From a virus (taxonomy: Duplodnaviria; Caudoviricetes): a stretch of 64,000 nucleotides of DNA. Below are positions 54,804 through 64,000 of the stretch, piece by piece (the first letter of the stretch is position 1; each line of letters opens with the position of its first letter). A program made the translations under genes and the position numbers. The stretch lies in the IMG/VR virus record IMGVR_UViG_3300022594_000001; one strand, written 5' to 3'. The notes beneath the pieces were generated by a model. The model ran no database searches and was not told the DNA's origin. It saw only the letters and a list, made by a program, of their open reading frames with translations.

Positions 54804-55396
54804 CAAACATTATATGGACAGGTGGTGATTCCGAGATTGGATCTAAATGTGTAGTTGGATTAGATCGCGACGGTGTTATTAACGAAGACTTAGGTACCTA
54901 TGTTACAAGTCCGGATGGCTTTAAGCCTATTCCTGGCAGCTTAGAAGCAATGGCAGAGCTTAGACGTAAGGGCTATAAGATCGTTGTCATTACAGATCAG
55001 GGCGGCATTGCTAAAGGCATAATGACTCAAGAGGATGTAGACAAAGTACACGATCGTATGTTTGAAATGTTAGGGCAAGCAGGTTGCTTAACTATCGATG
55101 CATTGTACTACTCTGCTAGCAGTGACAAGCGTGACCCGTTTGCTAAACCTAACACGGGCATGTTTAAGCGTTGCGAAAAGGAACATCCGCATATTAAGTT
55201 CAAAGAAGGCTACTATGTTGGCGATAAGATCAAAGACTTAAAAGCAGCAGTTAATGTGGGTGCAAAGCCTGTCTTAGTGCGTACAGGATACGGGTCAGAA
55301 ACTGAAAAAGAACTAGAAAAGTGGACTTATCGCGAGTTAAAGCGTAGAACTATCATATTTGATACCCTGGCAGACTTTATAAACACGTTGCCTTGA
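54800..55396 (+). CDS. gmhB: D,D-heptose-1,7-bisphosphate phosphatase
   Basis: DRDGVIN, TDQGGI, KPNTGM, VGDKIKD. Confidence 0.8.
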   Translation: MTNIIWTGGDSEIGSKCVVGLDRDGVINEDLGTYVTSPDGFKPIPGSLEAMAELRRKGYKIVVITDQGGIAKGIMTQEDVDKVHDRMFEMLGQAGCLTIDALYYSASSDKRDPFAKPNTGMFKRCEKEHPHIKFKEGYYVGDKIKDLKAAVNVGAKPVLVRTGYGSETEKELEKWTYRELKRRTIIFDTLADFINTLP

Positions 55397-55432
55397 AATC
55401 AATAAATACATAATATTCCTTTGGAAACTATT

Positions 55433-56818
55433 ATGCGATTTAACGATATTAAGATTATTACAGAAGCACAATTTAAAAGCAAGCAAGAAGTTATTGATCA
55501 CTTTGTAAAACAAGGTAAATCAGCTGCTGCTGGTGCTAGTGCATGGGAACGTGGCTGGAGAGGCCATGCTCCTAAAAAGAAACAGCCTACTGGCCCTGTG
55601 CGTAGCTATCATGATGACTTAGACGATAAGCGTTATGGCGAAACTAACGAATCGCAGCTAGACGAAGTTAATCCACACAATTATGATAGTGACGAAGATT
55701 ATCGAAACGCAGTAGCAGCAAGTGGTCGCCCAAAGCATCGTCCTGCAAATGATTATCCTTATAGCAAAGAAGAAGACGATGATTACTTCCGTGACATCTT
55801 CCGTAAGAAACGTGAAGCTGCTAAAAAAGCAGAACAGAATAAAGAACAAGGTGTAGCAGAAGCCAACGATCCATGCTGGAAAAATTATAAACAAATTGGC
55901 ATGAAGAAAAAAGGCGGCAAGAAAGTTCCTAATTGTGTACCAAAAGAAAGCATTGAATCTTTAGAACAGCAAATAGCAGAAGCAGCAATAGGTGTAGCAC
56001 CTAAGCGCACTCCTCGTCCTGGAAGCCGCCCTATTCGCGGACACGCTACAGAGTCACGCTACAAGTTTGATAAGAAGACTGGACAAATGGCTCAAGACAA
56101 TGAAGACCCAGATCAACGTCACGGGTTGTACATTGACGGCAAGCTAGTTAAGACACACAATACAAAGCAAGAAGCAGAAAACGTTAAGCAACGTGATCCT
56201 AAGTTTAAGGATGCAGAGATTAAAAAGATTGCAGAACAGATTGACGAACACAAGAAAGGTGTACGTGCTCTTAAGTACGCTAAGAAAGCCAAAGGTACTG
56301 TTGATCATTTAGATCCAAAGAAAATTAAAGACATGCCCGGACGCAAAGTAGTTGGTCCACAAAAGATTAAACAACTTGAAAAAGATTTAGAAGAAGCTGC
56401 GGAAATCATGGAAGGTGCTAAGGTAGATCGCATGGTTAAACACATTGCTAAGTCTGAACGCAAGTTAGGTAAAAGCAAAGATGAAGCAGAAAACATTGCT
56501 TGGGCAACTGCTAACAAGCGTGGCATGCTAGATAACAAAAACAAAAAGAAAGTTAAAGAGCATACTGAAAGTTGTGAGTTCTGCGGTGGCAATGATCATA
56601 CATCATTAGACGAGTCAGGAAAGGCAAGTCGTTCGTTGTGTTTAAGTTCTAAGTCAGATAATGAATTAGGTGCTAGTCAATTAGCAAGTTGTAAGTCACA
56701 AGGCTTACGTGCTAGAGAAGGTAAAAAATCTCATAAGATAGGTAAAACTCGTGTGACAATGGGCGGACATAAGATTAAGGGTAAAAAATACGGCGGAAAT
56801 ATTCCGGACTGGAGTTAA
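55433..56818 (+). CDS. modular basic virion-type polyprotein
   Basis: MRFNDIKIITE; modules separated by (I/L/V)xE; AATAAATA upstream. Confidence 0.65.
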   Translation: MRFNDIKIITEAQFKSKQEVIDHFVKQGKSAAAGASAWERGWRGHAPKKKQPTGPVRSYHDDLDDKRYGETNESQLDEVNPHNYDSDEDYRNAVAASGRPKHRPANDYPYSKEEDDDYFRDIFRKKREAAKKAEQNKEQGVAEANDPCWKNYKQIGMKKKGGKKVPNCVPKESIESLEQQIAEAAIGVAPKRTPRPGSRPIRGHATESRYKFDKKTGQMAQDNEDPDQRHGLYIDGKLVKTHNTKQEAENVKQRDPKFKDAEIKKIAEQIDEHKKGVRALKYAKKAKGTVDHLDPKKIKDMPGRKVVGPQKIKQLEKDLEEAAEIMEGAKVDRMVKHIAKSERKLGKSKDEAENIAWATANKRGMLDNKNKKKVKEHTESCEFCGGNDHTSLDESGKASRSLCLSSKSDNELGASQLASCKSQGLRAREGKKSHKIGKTRVTMGGHKIKGKKYGGNIPDWS

Positions 56819-56819
56819 C

Positions 56820-57392
56820 ATGAGATTTAAAGAATTTAAAATAAACGAAGCAGGTCCTCTTGATAACTTCTATTCTAGCATCTTAGGATGGGGAAAGAAT
56901 GACGACGGTACATCCGCAGCAGGTGCAGATGCTAACACAGGATCTGGATTAACAAACTTTAAATCTTCCGGAAATCAAATTAGTCCTATAGAGATTAAAC
57001 AATACTTGCTGTCTAAGGGTTTTGATAATAACCAAGCAGCAGGTTGGTTAGTAAATATCAAATGGGAAAGTAACTTTAAACCTGGTGCTTATGTTGCAAG
57101 CGATGCCGGACAAGGACAAAGTGGAGGCTTCTTTGGTTTTCACGATGTAAAGAATGGAAGTGGATTGTTTACTAAAATGGTTGCAGCCACTGGCGGCGGC
57201 AATAAGTGGCAAACTAACTGGCAAGGACAATTAGACTTTGCCATGCAAGATAGTCGTGGACAACAATACAAATCAACAAAGTTTAGTAGCCCAGGAGAAG
57301 CTGCACACTGGTGGGTAGTGAATTACGAAAAGCCTGCTAATACAATGCAACAAGCTTCAATCAGAGCTGCTAGTGCTTCTAAGTATGCATAA
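56820..57392 (+). CDS. phage tail-lysozyme-like protein (paralogue of 22220)
   Basis: MRFKEFKINE; NIKWESNF, NWQGQLDF, YEKPA. Confidence 0.7.
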   Translation: MRFKEFKINEAGPLDNFYSSILGWGKNDDGTSAAGADANTGSGLTNFKSSGNQISPIEIKQYLLSKGFDNNQAAGWLVNIKWESNFKPGAYVASDAGQGQSGGFFGFHDVKNGSGLFTKMVAATGGGNKWQTNWQGQLDFAMQDSRGQQYKSTKFSSPGEAAHWWVVNYEKPANTMQQASIRAASASKYA

Positions 57393-57403
57393 TAAATATC
57401 TGC

Positions 57404-57952
57404 ATGAACTTAGTAGGTAATTTATTAATTGCACCACCAGCCGTCAAAGGTAACTTTTGGTATAAGACTGTTTTGATGGTAACTGAACACCACCGTGGCG
57501 GAAGCGTAGGGTTAGTGTTAAACAAAAGAAGCCAAATGAGCATAGTTGAATTTGGAGAGCAGCTAGGATACGAAATAGACCTTCCTGGGTTCGTATATCT
57601 AGGCGGTCCTGTTAATGTTAAGAGTCTTAGCTTTTTACACTCTAACGAATGGCACAGTAAAAATACTATGCGAATTAACGAACGTTTTAGCCTGAGCTCA
57701 GATGACGAGATACTTCCTAGACTAGCAATGGGCGACATGCCGGAAAATTGGCGAATATTTGTAGGAATGTGCGGATGGGCAGAAGGGCAGTTGGTAAGTG
57801 AAATTAACGGGCAACACCCGTGGAAACATGAAAATAGTTGGTGTTTGGCTAACGCTGATTATGATCTAGTATTTGGATCCGACAATAAAGATCAATGGTG
57901 CAATGCCTTAGATCGCTCGGGTTTAGAGTTCGCTCAAAATATGCTTGCATAA
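57404..57952 (+). CDS. YqgE/AlgH (DUF179) family protein
   Basis: GSVGLVLNK, YLGGPV, GMCGWAEGQL; leaderless late-type start. Confidence 0.85.
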   Translation: MNLVGNLLIAPPAVKGNFWYKTVLMVTEHHRGGSVGLVLNKRSQMSIVEFGEQLGYEIDLPGFVYLGGPVNVKSLSFLHSNEWHSKNTMRINERFSLSSDDEILPRLAMGDMPENWRIFVGMCGWAEGQLVSEINGQHPWKHENSWCLANADYDLVFGSDNKDQWCNALDRSGLEFAQNMLA

Positions 57953-58022
57953 ATATAACATTGAGCGTATAATAATATACTTCATAGGTTGGGTCTGTAA
58001 ACACAATCGAAAGAGGTTTAAA

Positions 58023-58535
58023 GTGTCAGATACATTAGTACTAAACGCTGACGGCATGCCTGTAAGTGTTCTACCGTTAAGCGTAATCCCTTGGGAAGAA
58101 GCAATCAAATACATGGTCCTAGATAAGGCAGATGTATTGCATTTTCACGAAAATTGGATTGTTCACTCAGCCCATTGGGAAACGCAAGTCCCATCAGTTA
58201 TTATGTTGCGTGAATACATGAAAGCCAAGTCGGCTGTTCGTTTCAGCCGTGCTAACGTGTACTTACGTGATGATGGTCACTGCGGCTATTGCGGAACACA
58301 CGTTGAAAAGAAATTCTCAACGCTTGACCATGTACACCCTGTATCAAAGGGTGGTAAAACAACATGGGAAAACACTGTTACAGCATGTGGTCCATGTAAT
58401 GCTAATAAGGCTGACAAGGTTGGTTTAAAGCCAAAGAAGATGCCTTACAAGCCAGACTATTGGGAACTTGTAAACAAGCGTAAAAAGTTGCCTTTCAACG
58501 TTAGACACGAAGAGTGGTTACAATACATTCTATGA
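58023..58535 (+). CDS. HNH endonuclease
   Basis: RDDGHCGYCG, TLDHVHP.SKGG, WEN..TAC..CN..K. Confidence 0.9.
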   Translation: MSDTLVLNADGMPVSVLPLSVIPWEEAIKYMVLDKADVLHFHENWIVHSAHWETQVPSVIMLREYMKAKSAVRFSRANVYLRDDGHCGYCGTHVEKKFSTLDHVHPVSKGGKTTWENTVTACGPCNANKADKVGLKPKKMPYKPDYWELVNKRKKLPFNVRHEEWLQYIL

Positions 58536-58942
58536 AAAAGCTCTTTTGGAACGTATTAGGCTTTCTTAGTTTGGGCATGGCGTATGTCGGCGTGGTAACA
58601 CCCGGCATACCCTTCAGCATCTTTTTAGTATTTGCTGCCTATTGCTTTGCTAAGGTTAATCCTAAGATGCATGCCTGGCTTTACAATCATAAGATATTTG
58701 GCCCGTTCCTGTCCAATTGGAATGACAAGCGAGTGTTTCCGTTTAACGGTAAAATCTTTATGGTCCTAATGATGGACTCTAGCTTGGTTATTATGTGGTT
58801 TACTACCCACAACGTCAAAGCCGTCACTTACACAGCTATAACCATGTTTATAGTTGCTGTATGGGCATGGCGCTATCCTAGCACAGTAGAAGAGTACAAT
58901 CGCCGCAAAGAAGCTGGTGAAAAGATAGGTTGGTTCAAGTAA
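58532..58942 (+). CDS. YbaN/DUF454 membrane protein
   Basis: GVVTPGIPFSIF..AAYCFAK..HKIFGP. Confidence 0.85.
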   Translation: MKKLFWNVLGFLSLGMAYVGVVTPGIPFSIFLVFAAYCFAKVNPKMHAWLYNHKIFGPFLSNWNDKRVFPFNGKIFMVLMMDSSLVIMWFTTHNVKAVTYTAITMFIVAVWAWRYPSTVEEYNRRKEAGEKIGWFK

Positions 58943-58980
58943 AACGGTTAAATAAGAGTACTTAACTAAGGACTTTTATT

Positions 58981-59811
58981 ATGAAGAAGATACTAACCGG
59001 GTTGCTTTTTGCCCTTATTGCATTAACAAGTACCCAAGCATTTGCTTGGAATCAACGAGCACCATTTCCGCCAGCACAGTGCCAGCCACATGCTCCATAC
59101 GGATTCCCACAAACAGCAGGCATTCAGCCACTTTGCCAACAGGCATATCTAGTTGGATATGATGCTGCTGCAAAACTACCAAAGTATGTAACATACGAAC
59201 TATTACCGCAAAACGCATTAGGATGTGTAGCACGTACAAACGCATTCGCTACTAACCAATTTGTACCTAACGGTGCAACACCAGCTGACTACGCAGGTAC
59301 AGGATATGATAAAGGACACATGAGTCCGGACGGTGACTTGAGCTGGGATGTTCAAGTTGAATACGAATCGTTCCTAATGACTAACATGAGCCCACAAGCT
59401 GGTTCATTGAATCGTGGTATCTGGAAACTATTAGAAACATCAGTACGCGGTTGGACAGTACAGCGTAATCAAAGCTATACAGTTTATGTAGGCGGCATTT
59501 ACAATGCACAAGATAAGACAATCGGTAAGGGTGTAGTTGTTCCACACGCTTTCTACAAGATCGTTATCAACAATCAAACAGGTGAAGTTGCAGGTTGGGA
59601 ATTTCCACACGTTGCTCCATACCCTAACTTAGGTAACAATCTAGTTGCATTCCGTAAACCAATTGCACAAATTGAACAAGAAGCTGGTGTCAAGTATGCT
59701 TTCCCAGCAGGTGCTAAAGAATTACAACCTGGTGCAGAATGGCCAGTAGACTTTGGAGCATTAACAAATGCAAAACGTGCTAAGTGTGGCGCAAACGCCT
59801 CAACAGACTAA
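58981..59811 (+). CDS. secreted NucA-type DNA/RNA non-specific endonuclease
   Basis: Signal peptide; DKGHMSP, TNMSPQ, NRGIW..LE. Confidence 0.9.
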   Translation: MKKILTGLLFALIALTSTQAFAWNQRAPFPPAQCQPHAPYGFPQTAGIQPLCQQAYLVGYDAAAKLPKYVTYELLPQNALGCVARTNAFATNQFVPNGATPADYAGTGYDKGHMSPDGDLSWDVQVEYESFLMTNMSPQAGSLNRGIWKLLETSVRGWTVQRNQSYTVYVGGIYNAQDKTIGKGVVVPHAFYKIVINNQTGEVAGWEFPHVAPYPNLGNNLVAFRKPIAQIEQEAGVKYAFPAGAKELQPGAEWPVDFGALTNAKRAKCGANASTD

Positions 59812-59934
59812 TCCAGAGAATCCTAATGACTATCCAGTCTATCCTGAAGACGATGGAACCGACCGTCCGAGAAATCCTTACAGCCCTGTATGAAGGGCTG
59901 GCAAGGTTCGGTTGTGGAATAGGTGGAATCCCAT

Positions 59935-60384
59935 ATGAAGACCACTGAGCTCGACAGCATTCTTGTTAAACTCTGTGGGCTTATTATTGATAAGCAAAAA
60001 CAAGACCCTGATCAATATGGGTTTGTCGCAGCAGCAGTTATAGATCCCACAGGCCGTATAGTTGCTAGAACTAGTAAAAAAATAAAAGACAAGTGGAGCC
60101 ATGCAGAACGAAATGCAGTTAATCGATATACTGCATTGCATGGCGACATACCTCCGGGCAGCATTATCGTTACTACACTAACACCGTGCAACGAACACAT
60201 GAGAGATCGTTATAAATCTAGCTGTACAGATTTAATCAACGATACAGGAATAGATAAAGTTTACTGCGGATACCTTGATCCTAGTCAAGACGATCCACAC
60301 GCTGAATTTGATCAAGTAATAACTAAGAACGAAAAAATAAAGGATCTTTGCAAACAGTTTGCAGATACCTTTTTAAAGGACTAA
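59935..60384 (+). CDS. cytidine/RibD-type zinc deaminase
   Basis: HAE, TLTPC..C. Confidence 0.85.
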   Translation: MKTTELDSILVKLCGLIIDKQKQDPDQYGFVAAAVIDPTGRIVARTSKKIKDKWSHAERNAVNRYTALHGDIPPGSIIVTTLTPCNEHMRDRYKSSCTDLINDTGIDKVYCGYLDPSQDDPHAEFDQVITKNEKIKDLCKQFADTFLKD

Positions 60385-60388
60385 TACC

Positions 60389-60772
60389 ATGAAAAGATTA
60401 TTAGTAGTATTTGCTCTGTTGGGTTTGTCGGCTTGCAGCACAGTAAAGGAATGGATCCCAGTAAGATGGGATGCTAATCAGAGCCAAGCAATTACTTCGA
60501 TACAGCAATCAACACGCAGCTTCGATTGTAAGGGTGATATCGCACAACAATCAAAGGCATTAGCACAACAAGTAGAATGGTTTACAATCTATGCAGAATC
60601 TAAGCCAACCAGAGACGTACTTGGTCCGATTGGACATATGAACGACACGGCGAAGGAATTAGTAGATAGAAGTAGCAAAGGTCCAGTAAGTCCACTTTAC
60701 TGCGACTTAAAGAAGAAGATTTTAATTCAACAAGCTGATATGGTTGCACATACAGTACAAGGGAGATTCTAA
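60389..60772 (+). CDS. lipoprotein
   Basis: LSAC lipobox. Confidence 0.7.
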   Translation: MKRLLVVFALLGLSACSTVKEWIPVRWDANQSQAITSIQQSTRSFDCKGDIAQQSKALAQQVEWFTIYAESKPTRDVLGPIGHMNDTAKELVDRSSKGPVSPLYCDLKKKILIQQADMVAHTVQGRF

Positions 60773-61008
60773 TGCAAAACGAATTATTACATTTATCAGG
60801 TTGCGGTTTACCTTGGGCAGAACAACGTGCTCAAATGGCATTACAAATAGCAGAAGGTGTGCAACAAGGAGCACTTAGCAAAGACGAAGCTCATGCATTG
60901 TTAGCAGACTTGATTAACACTGACAAGTTAAACGAAGAAGCAACAAATGCAGAAGCTCGCGCTATGCTAGTGTTCGGTGTTACTCAAATTGCTCAAATGC
61001 TTGTTTAA
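60772..61008 (+). CDS. hypothetical protein
   Basis: Coupled ORF. Confidence 0.7.
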   Translation: MQNELLHLSGCGLPWAEQRAQMALQIAEGVQQGALSKDEAHALLADLINTDKLNEEATNAEARAMLVFGVTQIAQMLV

Positions 61009-62182
61009 GAGCATTGACTAAGTCTTCAATCATACCATCATCATGAAACGGAGTAGGTGCAAAACGCAACCTCTCCGTTCCCACATCAACGGTAGGATAG
61101 TTAATAGGTTGTACATAGATACCGTGTTCAGCTAATAAGTAATCACTCATTGCTTTACACTTCTTAGCATCACCTACAAGCACCGGAATGATATGGGTAG
61201 TGCTACATTCCATAACTGTAATACCGGCTTTGGTTAACCGATAACGCAGCTTACGAGCACGTTCTTGATGCTTCTCTCGTACCTCGTTATGCTCTTTTAA
61301 GTATTTGATAGCTGCAAGGGCTCCTGCACAGCTTACAGGGCTCATACTTGTTGTAAAGATAAAACCAGCGGCTACTGAACGAATAGCATCTACTACATCT
61401 GCATCGGCAGCAATATAGCCACCTTGGACTCCAAATGCTTTGCCAAGTGTTCCGTTGATTATATCTATCTCAGCTTCTAAGCCTAATTGTTCAACAACAC
61501 CGCCACCGTGCTGTCCATAGAGTCCTACCGCATGTACTTCGTCGATGTAGGTAATTGCTTTATATTTTTTAGCCAATTTGCAAATTTCTTTAATTGGGCT
61601 AACATCTCCGTCCATACTATAAACACTTTCAAATACTACGCATGGAGTTTTACCTTGTGCAAAACTAACTTTGAGTTTCTGTTCTAGATCTTCTAAGTCG
61701 TTGTGTTTAAAGATAATTTTTGGAGCCTTGCTATGACTAATACCTACAATCATACTGTTGTGGTTGTTTTCATCGCTAATGTATTCAATATTAGGAATAA
61801 TCTTAGCGAGCGCAATAAGTGTCCACTCATTAGCAACATACGCACTGCTGAATAATAAAGCACGTTCTTTCTTGTGCAAACTAGCAAGTTCGTGCTCTAG
61901 GGCCTTATGATAATGACTAGAACCTCCAATGTTACGTGTACCGCCTGAACCAGATCCTGTATGATCTAGGGCCGTGTGCATAGCGTCTAGAACTACTTTG
62001 TGCTGACCCATGCCAAGATAATCGTTCGAACACCAGTTAACTATGTTCTTAATGTTATACGGTCCGTACCAAATAGCTGTGGGAAACTTGCCTGCTTCAC
62101 GCACAATGTCGTTAAACACGCGGTATTTTCCGTTATCTTTTAGCTCTTGTAGTAGTTTTTTGAAAGGTTCTTTGTTTATCAT
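60980..62182 (-). CDS. hemA: 5-aminolevulinate synthase
   Basis: [40 protein letters not shown]. Confidence 0.93.
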   Translation of the reverse strand: MINKEPFKKLLQELKDNGKYRVFNDIVREAGKFPTAIWYGPYNIKNIVNWCSNDYLGMGQHKVVLDAMHTALDHTGSGSGGTRNIGGSSHYHKALEHELASLHKKERALLFSSAYVANEWTLIALAKIIPNIEYISDENNHNSMIVGISHSKAPKIIFKHNDLEDLEQKLKVSFAQGKTPCVVFESVYSMDGDVSPIKEICKLAKKYKAITYIDEVHAVGLYGQHGGGVVEQLGLEAEIDIINGTLGKAFGVQGGYIAADADVVDAIRSVAAGFIFTTSMSPVSCAGALAAIKYLKEHNEVREKHQERARKLRYRLTKAGITVMECSTTHIIPVLVGDAKKCKAMSDYLLAEHGIYVQPINYPTVDVGTERLRFAPTPFHDDGMIEDLVNALKQAFEQFE

Positions 62183-62190
62183 AGTGCAAG

Positions 62191-62205
62191 TATTTACGCT
62201 AAATA
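62191..62205. promoter_or_regulatory. divergent late-type promoter pair
   Basis: TATTTA-CGC-TAAATA. Confidence 0.6.
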
Positions 62206-62224
62206 TACACAGAGGGCATACATC

Positions 62225-62428
62225 ATGGCAGCGAACGGAATTTCAACACTATCTACAAAACAAGCTAAACAAGCAGCTAAACTTGCGGCTTCTGCTACAA
62301 AGAGAGCAGCAACTGGGCGCAGATCACATCTTGATATTACAGAACTTCCGACCCAGTATAGCGGCAATACTGTAGTCAATAACCCAAATACTGGCGGATT
62401 AGTTGCCGGACGCCCATGGACAACCTAA
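62225..62428 (+). CDS. small virion-type protein
   Basis: [13 protein letters not shown] after TAAATA. Confidence 0.7.
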   Translation: MAANGISTLSTKQAKQAAKLAASATKRAATGRRSHLDITELPTQYSGNTVVNNPNTGGLVAGRPWTT

Positions 62429-62449
62429 GAGAATTTAAGGAAAAGAATT

Positions 62450-62776
62450 ATGAAAATGAGTGACTTACTACGCAGCATGGCTGACATGATGGATCAAAAA
62501 GAAGGTGAATCACCTGACCGTCCTGAGAACTCTGGCAAGAGTGCTGACGACTTCCAACACGAGTTAGACGCTGGTGCAGAGTCTGGGGATAAAGAAGTTG
62601 AAATCGGTGCTATGATGCCTCCGCTACAACAAAAATTAGAAATACTTAAAAAAGCAACTGGCATGGACAATGCCTTTGATAATAGCAGAGACGAGTTAGC
62701 TGATATTAAAAAACTAACTGGTATTAAAGCAGTCATTCAACACGATGCAAGCGAAGATAACGATATTACAGGATAA
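62450..62776 (+). CDS. acidic hypothetical protein
   Basis: MMPPLQQKLEILKKATG. Confidence 0.75.
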   Translation: MKMSDLLRSMADMMDQKEGESPDRPENSGKSADDFQHELDAGAESGDKEVEIGAMMPPLQQKLEILKKATGMDNAFDNSRDELADIKKLTGIKAVIQHDASEDNDITG

Positions 62777-62780
62777 TTAA

Positions 62781-64000
62781 ATGTCTATCAGAAAGTTACG
62801 AGCAGGTCGTGTTCCAGCAGTTACAGCCGATCAATATGTAGGCGAACACGGTACAATATTTTGGGATGAAGGTACTGGTACCTTGCATCTTAGTGATGGT
62901 GTCACTCCTGGTGGTTACTTATTATCTGTACAGACATTTACTACTGAAAATGTACCAGCACATCCAGCGGATGGCAATTTATGGTTTGACGGAGAGTCTG
63001 GTAAATTATACATATGGTACGATAGCACATGGGTCGATACTAATCCAGAATACATATTGCAAAAAGCATCAAGTTCTAGACTTGGTGGAATTAAGATCGG
63101 TCAAGGATTAACAATAGATCAAAGCGGTGTTGTTACAATTGATACCGCTGGACTAACATTTTCTTTTGGTGACTTCACAGCAAGTGCTAACAATCTATCA
63201 ACAGTAAATCCTGACGAAAATATTAATTTAGTATCTAATGGCACTGGCGCAATAAACGCAGTTGGCAATTTTCACGTGCATTCGACTGCTGGCGGGCTAA
63301 CTGATGACCCTGTACTAGTAGTCGATGCTGACGGTATTTCTTTAGCTAATGCCGGAACAGGAATTCTATTTGCATCTGGTGATAGACAAACTGAACCATT
63401 CTTACCAACAGCATTGCCACATCCGTTATTACCAGCTGACGATAACATAACTGACTTAGGTGATCCTGATCATCGTTTCCGCAACTTATATCTAGGTCCA
63501 GCAAGTCTGTTCATGGCTGATACTATAACAGATGCCAACATTGAACTTAAAGTCACTAACGGTACATTGTATATCAATGGCGCACAGAACTTGGCAGTTG
63601 GTAATCTAGTTATTTTAGACACAACACTAAAGACACTGACACCGGATCTTGATATCAACATTGGTGAAGCTACAGATACAGGACTGGCTACCATTGGTCG
63701 TCAGACAGTTATCACCACTCCTAACCTTGGCTCACAAACTGCCGCACTATTGATCAACGGCACACAAGTATCCCCTGTAGAAGTTAGTCCTCTAACGTTT
63801 GATGGTACTATGATCCACACAGTAGCACAGGTAGGACAAAGTGCCCGCATTGTACAAGATGCGTATGGACAGAACAACTATCCTATCTATGTAGGACGTA
63901 TGGCTCGTGGTACAATCGCTAGTCCAACCGCATCTAGCACTGGTGATATTTTATTACGTTTATCAGGCAATGGTTATGGTAGCAACGGCTTTGGTTCAGG
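62781..64000 (+). CDS. tail-fibre/Mtd-N-like protein (3'-partial, absent from ORF track)
   Basis: MSIRKLRAGR..GEHGTIFWDEGTGTLHLSDGVTPGG, GNLWFD, RLGGIKIG; appears open to window end. Confidence 0.75.
   Translation, partial: MSIRKLRAGRVPAVTADQYVGEHGTIFWDEGTGTLHLSDGVTPGGYLLSVQTFTTENVPAHPADGNLWFDGESGKLYIWYDSTWVDTNPEYILQKASSSRLGGIKIGQGLTIDQSGVVTIDTAGLTFSFGDFTASANNLSTVNPDENINLVSNGTGAINAVGNFHVHSTAGGLTDDPVLVVDADGISLANAGTGILFASGDRQTEPFLPTALPHPLLPADDNITDLGDPDHRFRNLYLGPASLFMADTITDANIELKVTNGTLYINGAQNLAVGNLVILDTTLKTLTPDLDINIGEATDTGLATIGRQTVITTPNLGSQTAALLINGTQVSPVEVSPLTFDGTMIHTVAQVGQSARIVQDAYGQNNYPIYVGRMARGTIASPTASSTGDILLRLSGNGYGSNGFGS

Noticed and set aside
59935-60384. Phage deaminase as the cause of the TC/CC void at 24.7-26.7 kb
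   Set aside because: No evidence it acts on DNA, and a diffusible enzyme would not explain confinement to two genes
676-63694. Many antisense or nested ORFs in the track (e.g. 1073-1516, 4912-5352, 29392-29688, 31474-31824, 56305-56592, 62866-63111)
   Set aside because: Shadows of well-supported genes, without RBS or promoter support
1-64000. Stop-codon reassignment, introns, inteins, DGR or retron
   Set aside because: Core genes are intact and normal-sized in code 11; no reverse transcriptase or TR/VR pair seen

Overview
AT-rich 64-kb segment of a large tailed dsDNA phage (T4-superfamily-like/jumbo myovirus type; standard genetic code; host probably proteobacterial, which is inference). 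1-14.2 kb: replication/recombination module (gp32 SSB, UvsX, UvsY, UvsW, clamp-loader-like subunit, a 188-aa mini-DnaE, primase, carbamoyltransferase N-domain, gp41 helicase). 14.7-23.6 kb: late genes, many with a T4 internal-protein-like N-terminal capsid-targeting motif, plus 2OG-Fe(II) oxygenases. 23.6-35.1 kb: a sparsely coding early/control region holding the most unusual signals: 19 AGCCCC-N24-36-GGGGCT inverted-repeat cassettes; two genes whose template strand has essentially no GA/GG dinucleotides; a shared GGAGCG(AA) RBS on early genes with a tandem-hairpin 3'-UTR RNA whose two loops are complementary to it; an array of DnaA boxes and GTKG-N8-CMAC palindromes; two tRNAs; an ArfA-like ORF. 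35-50 kb: dense small accessory ORFs including about 14 paralogues ending in F-x-L-R-W-like motifs. 50-64 kb: nuclease cluster, FkbM/HldD/GmhB operon, virion polyprotein, lysozyme-like protein, NucA, deaminase, ALA synthase (HemA) and a partial tail-fibre gene. Protein calls rest on motif recognition only; no database searches were run.
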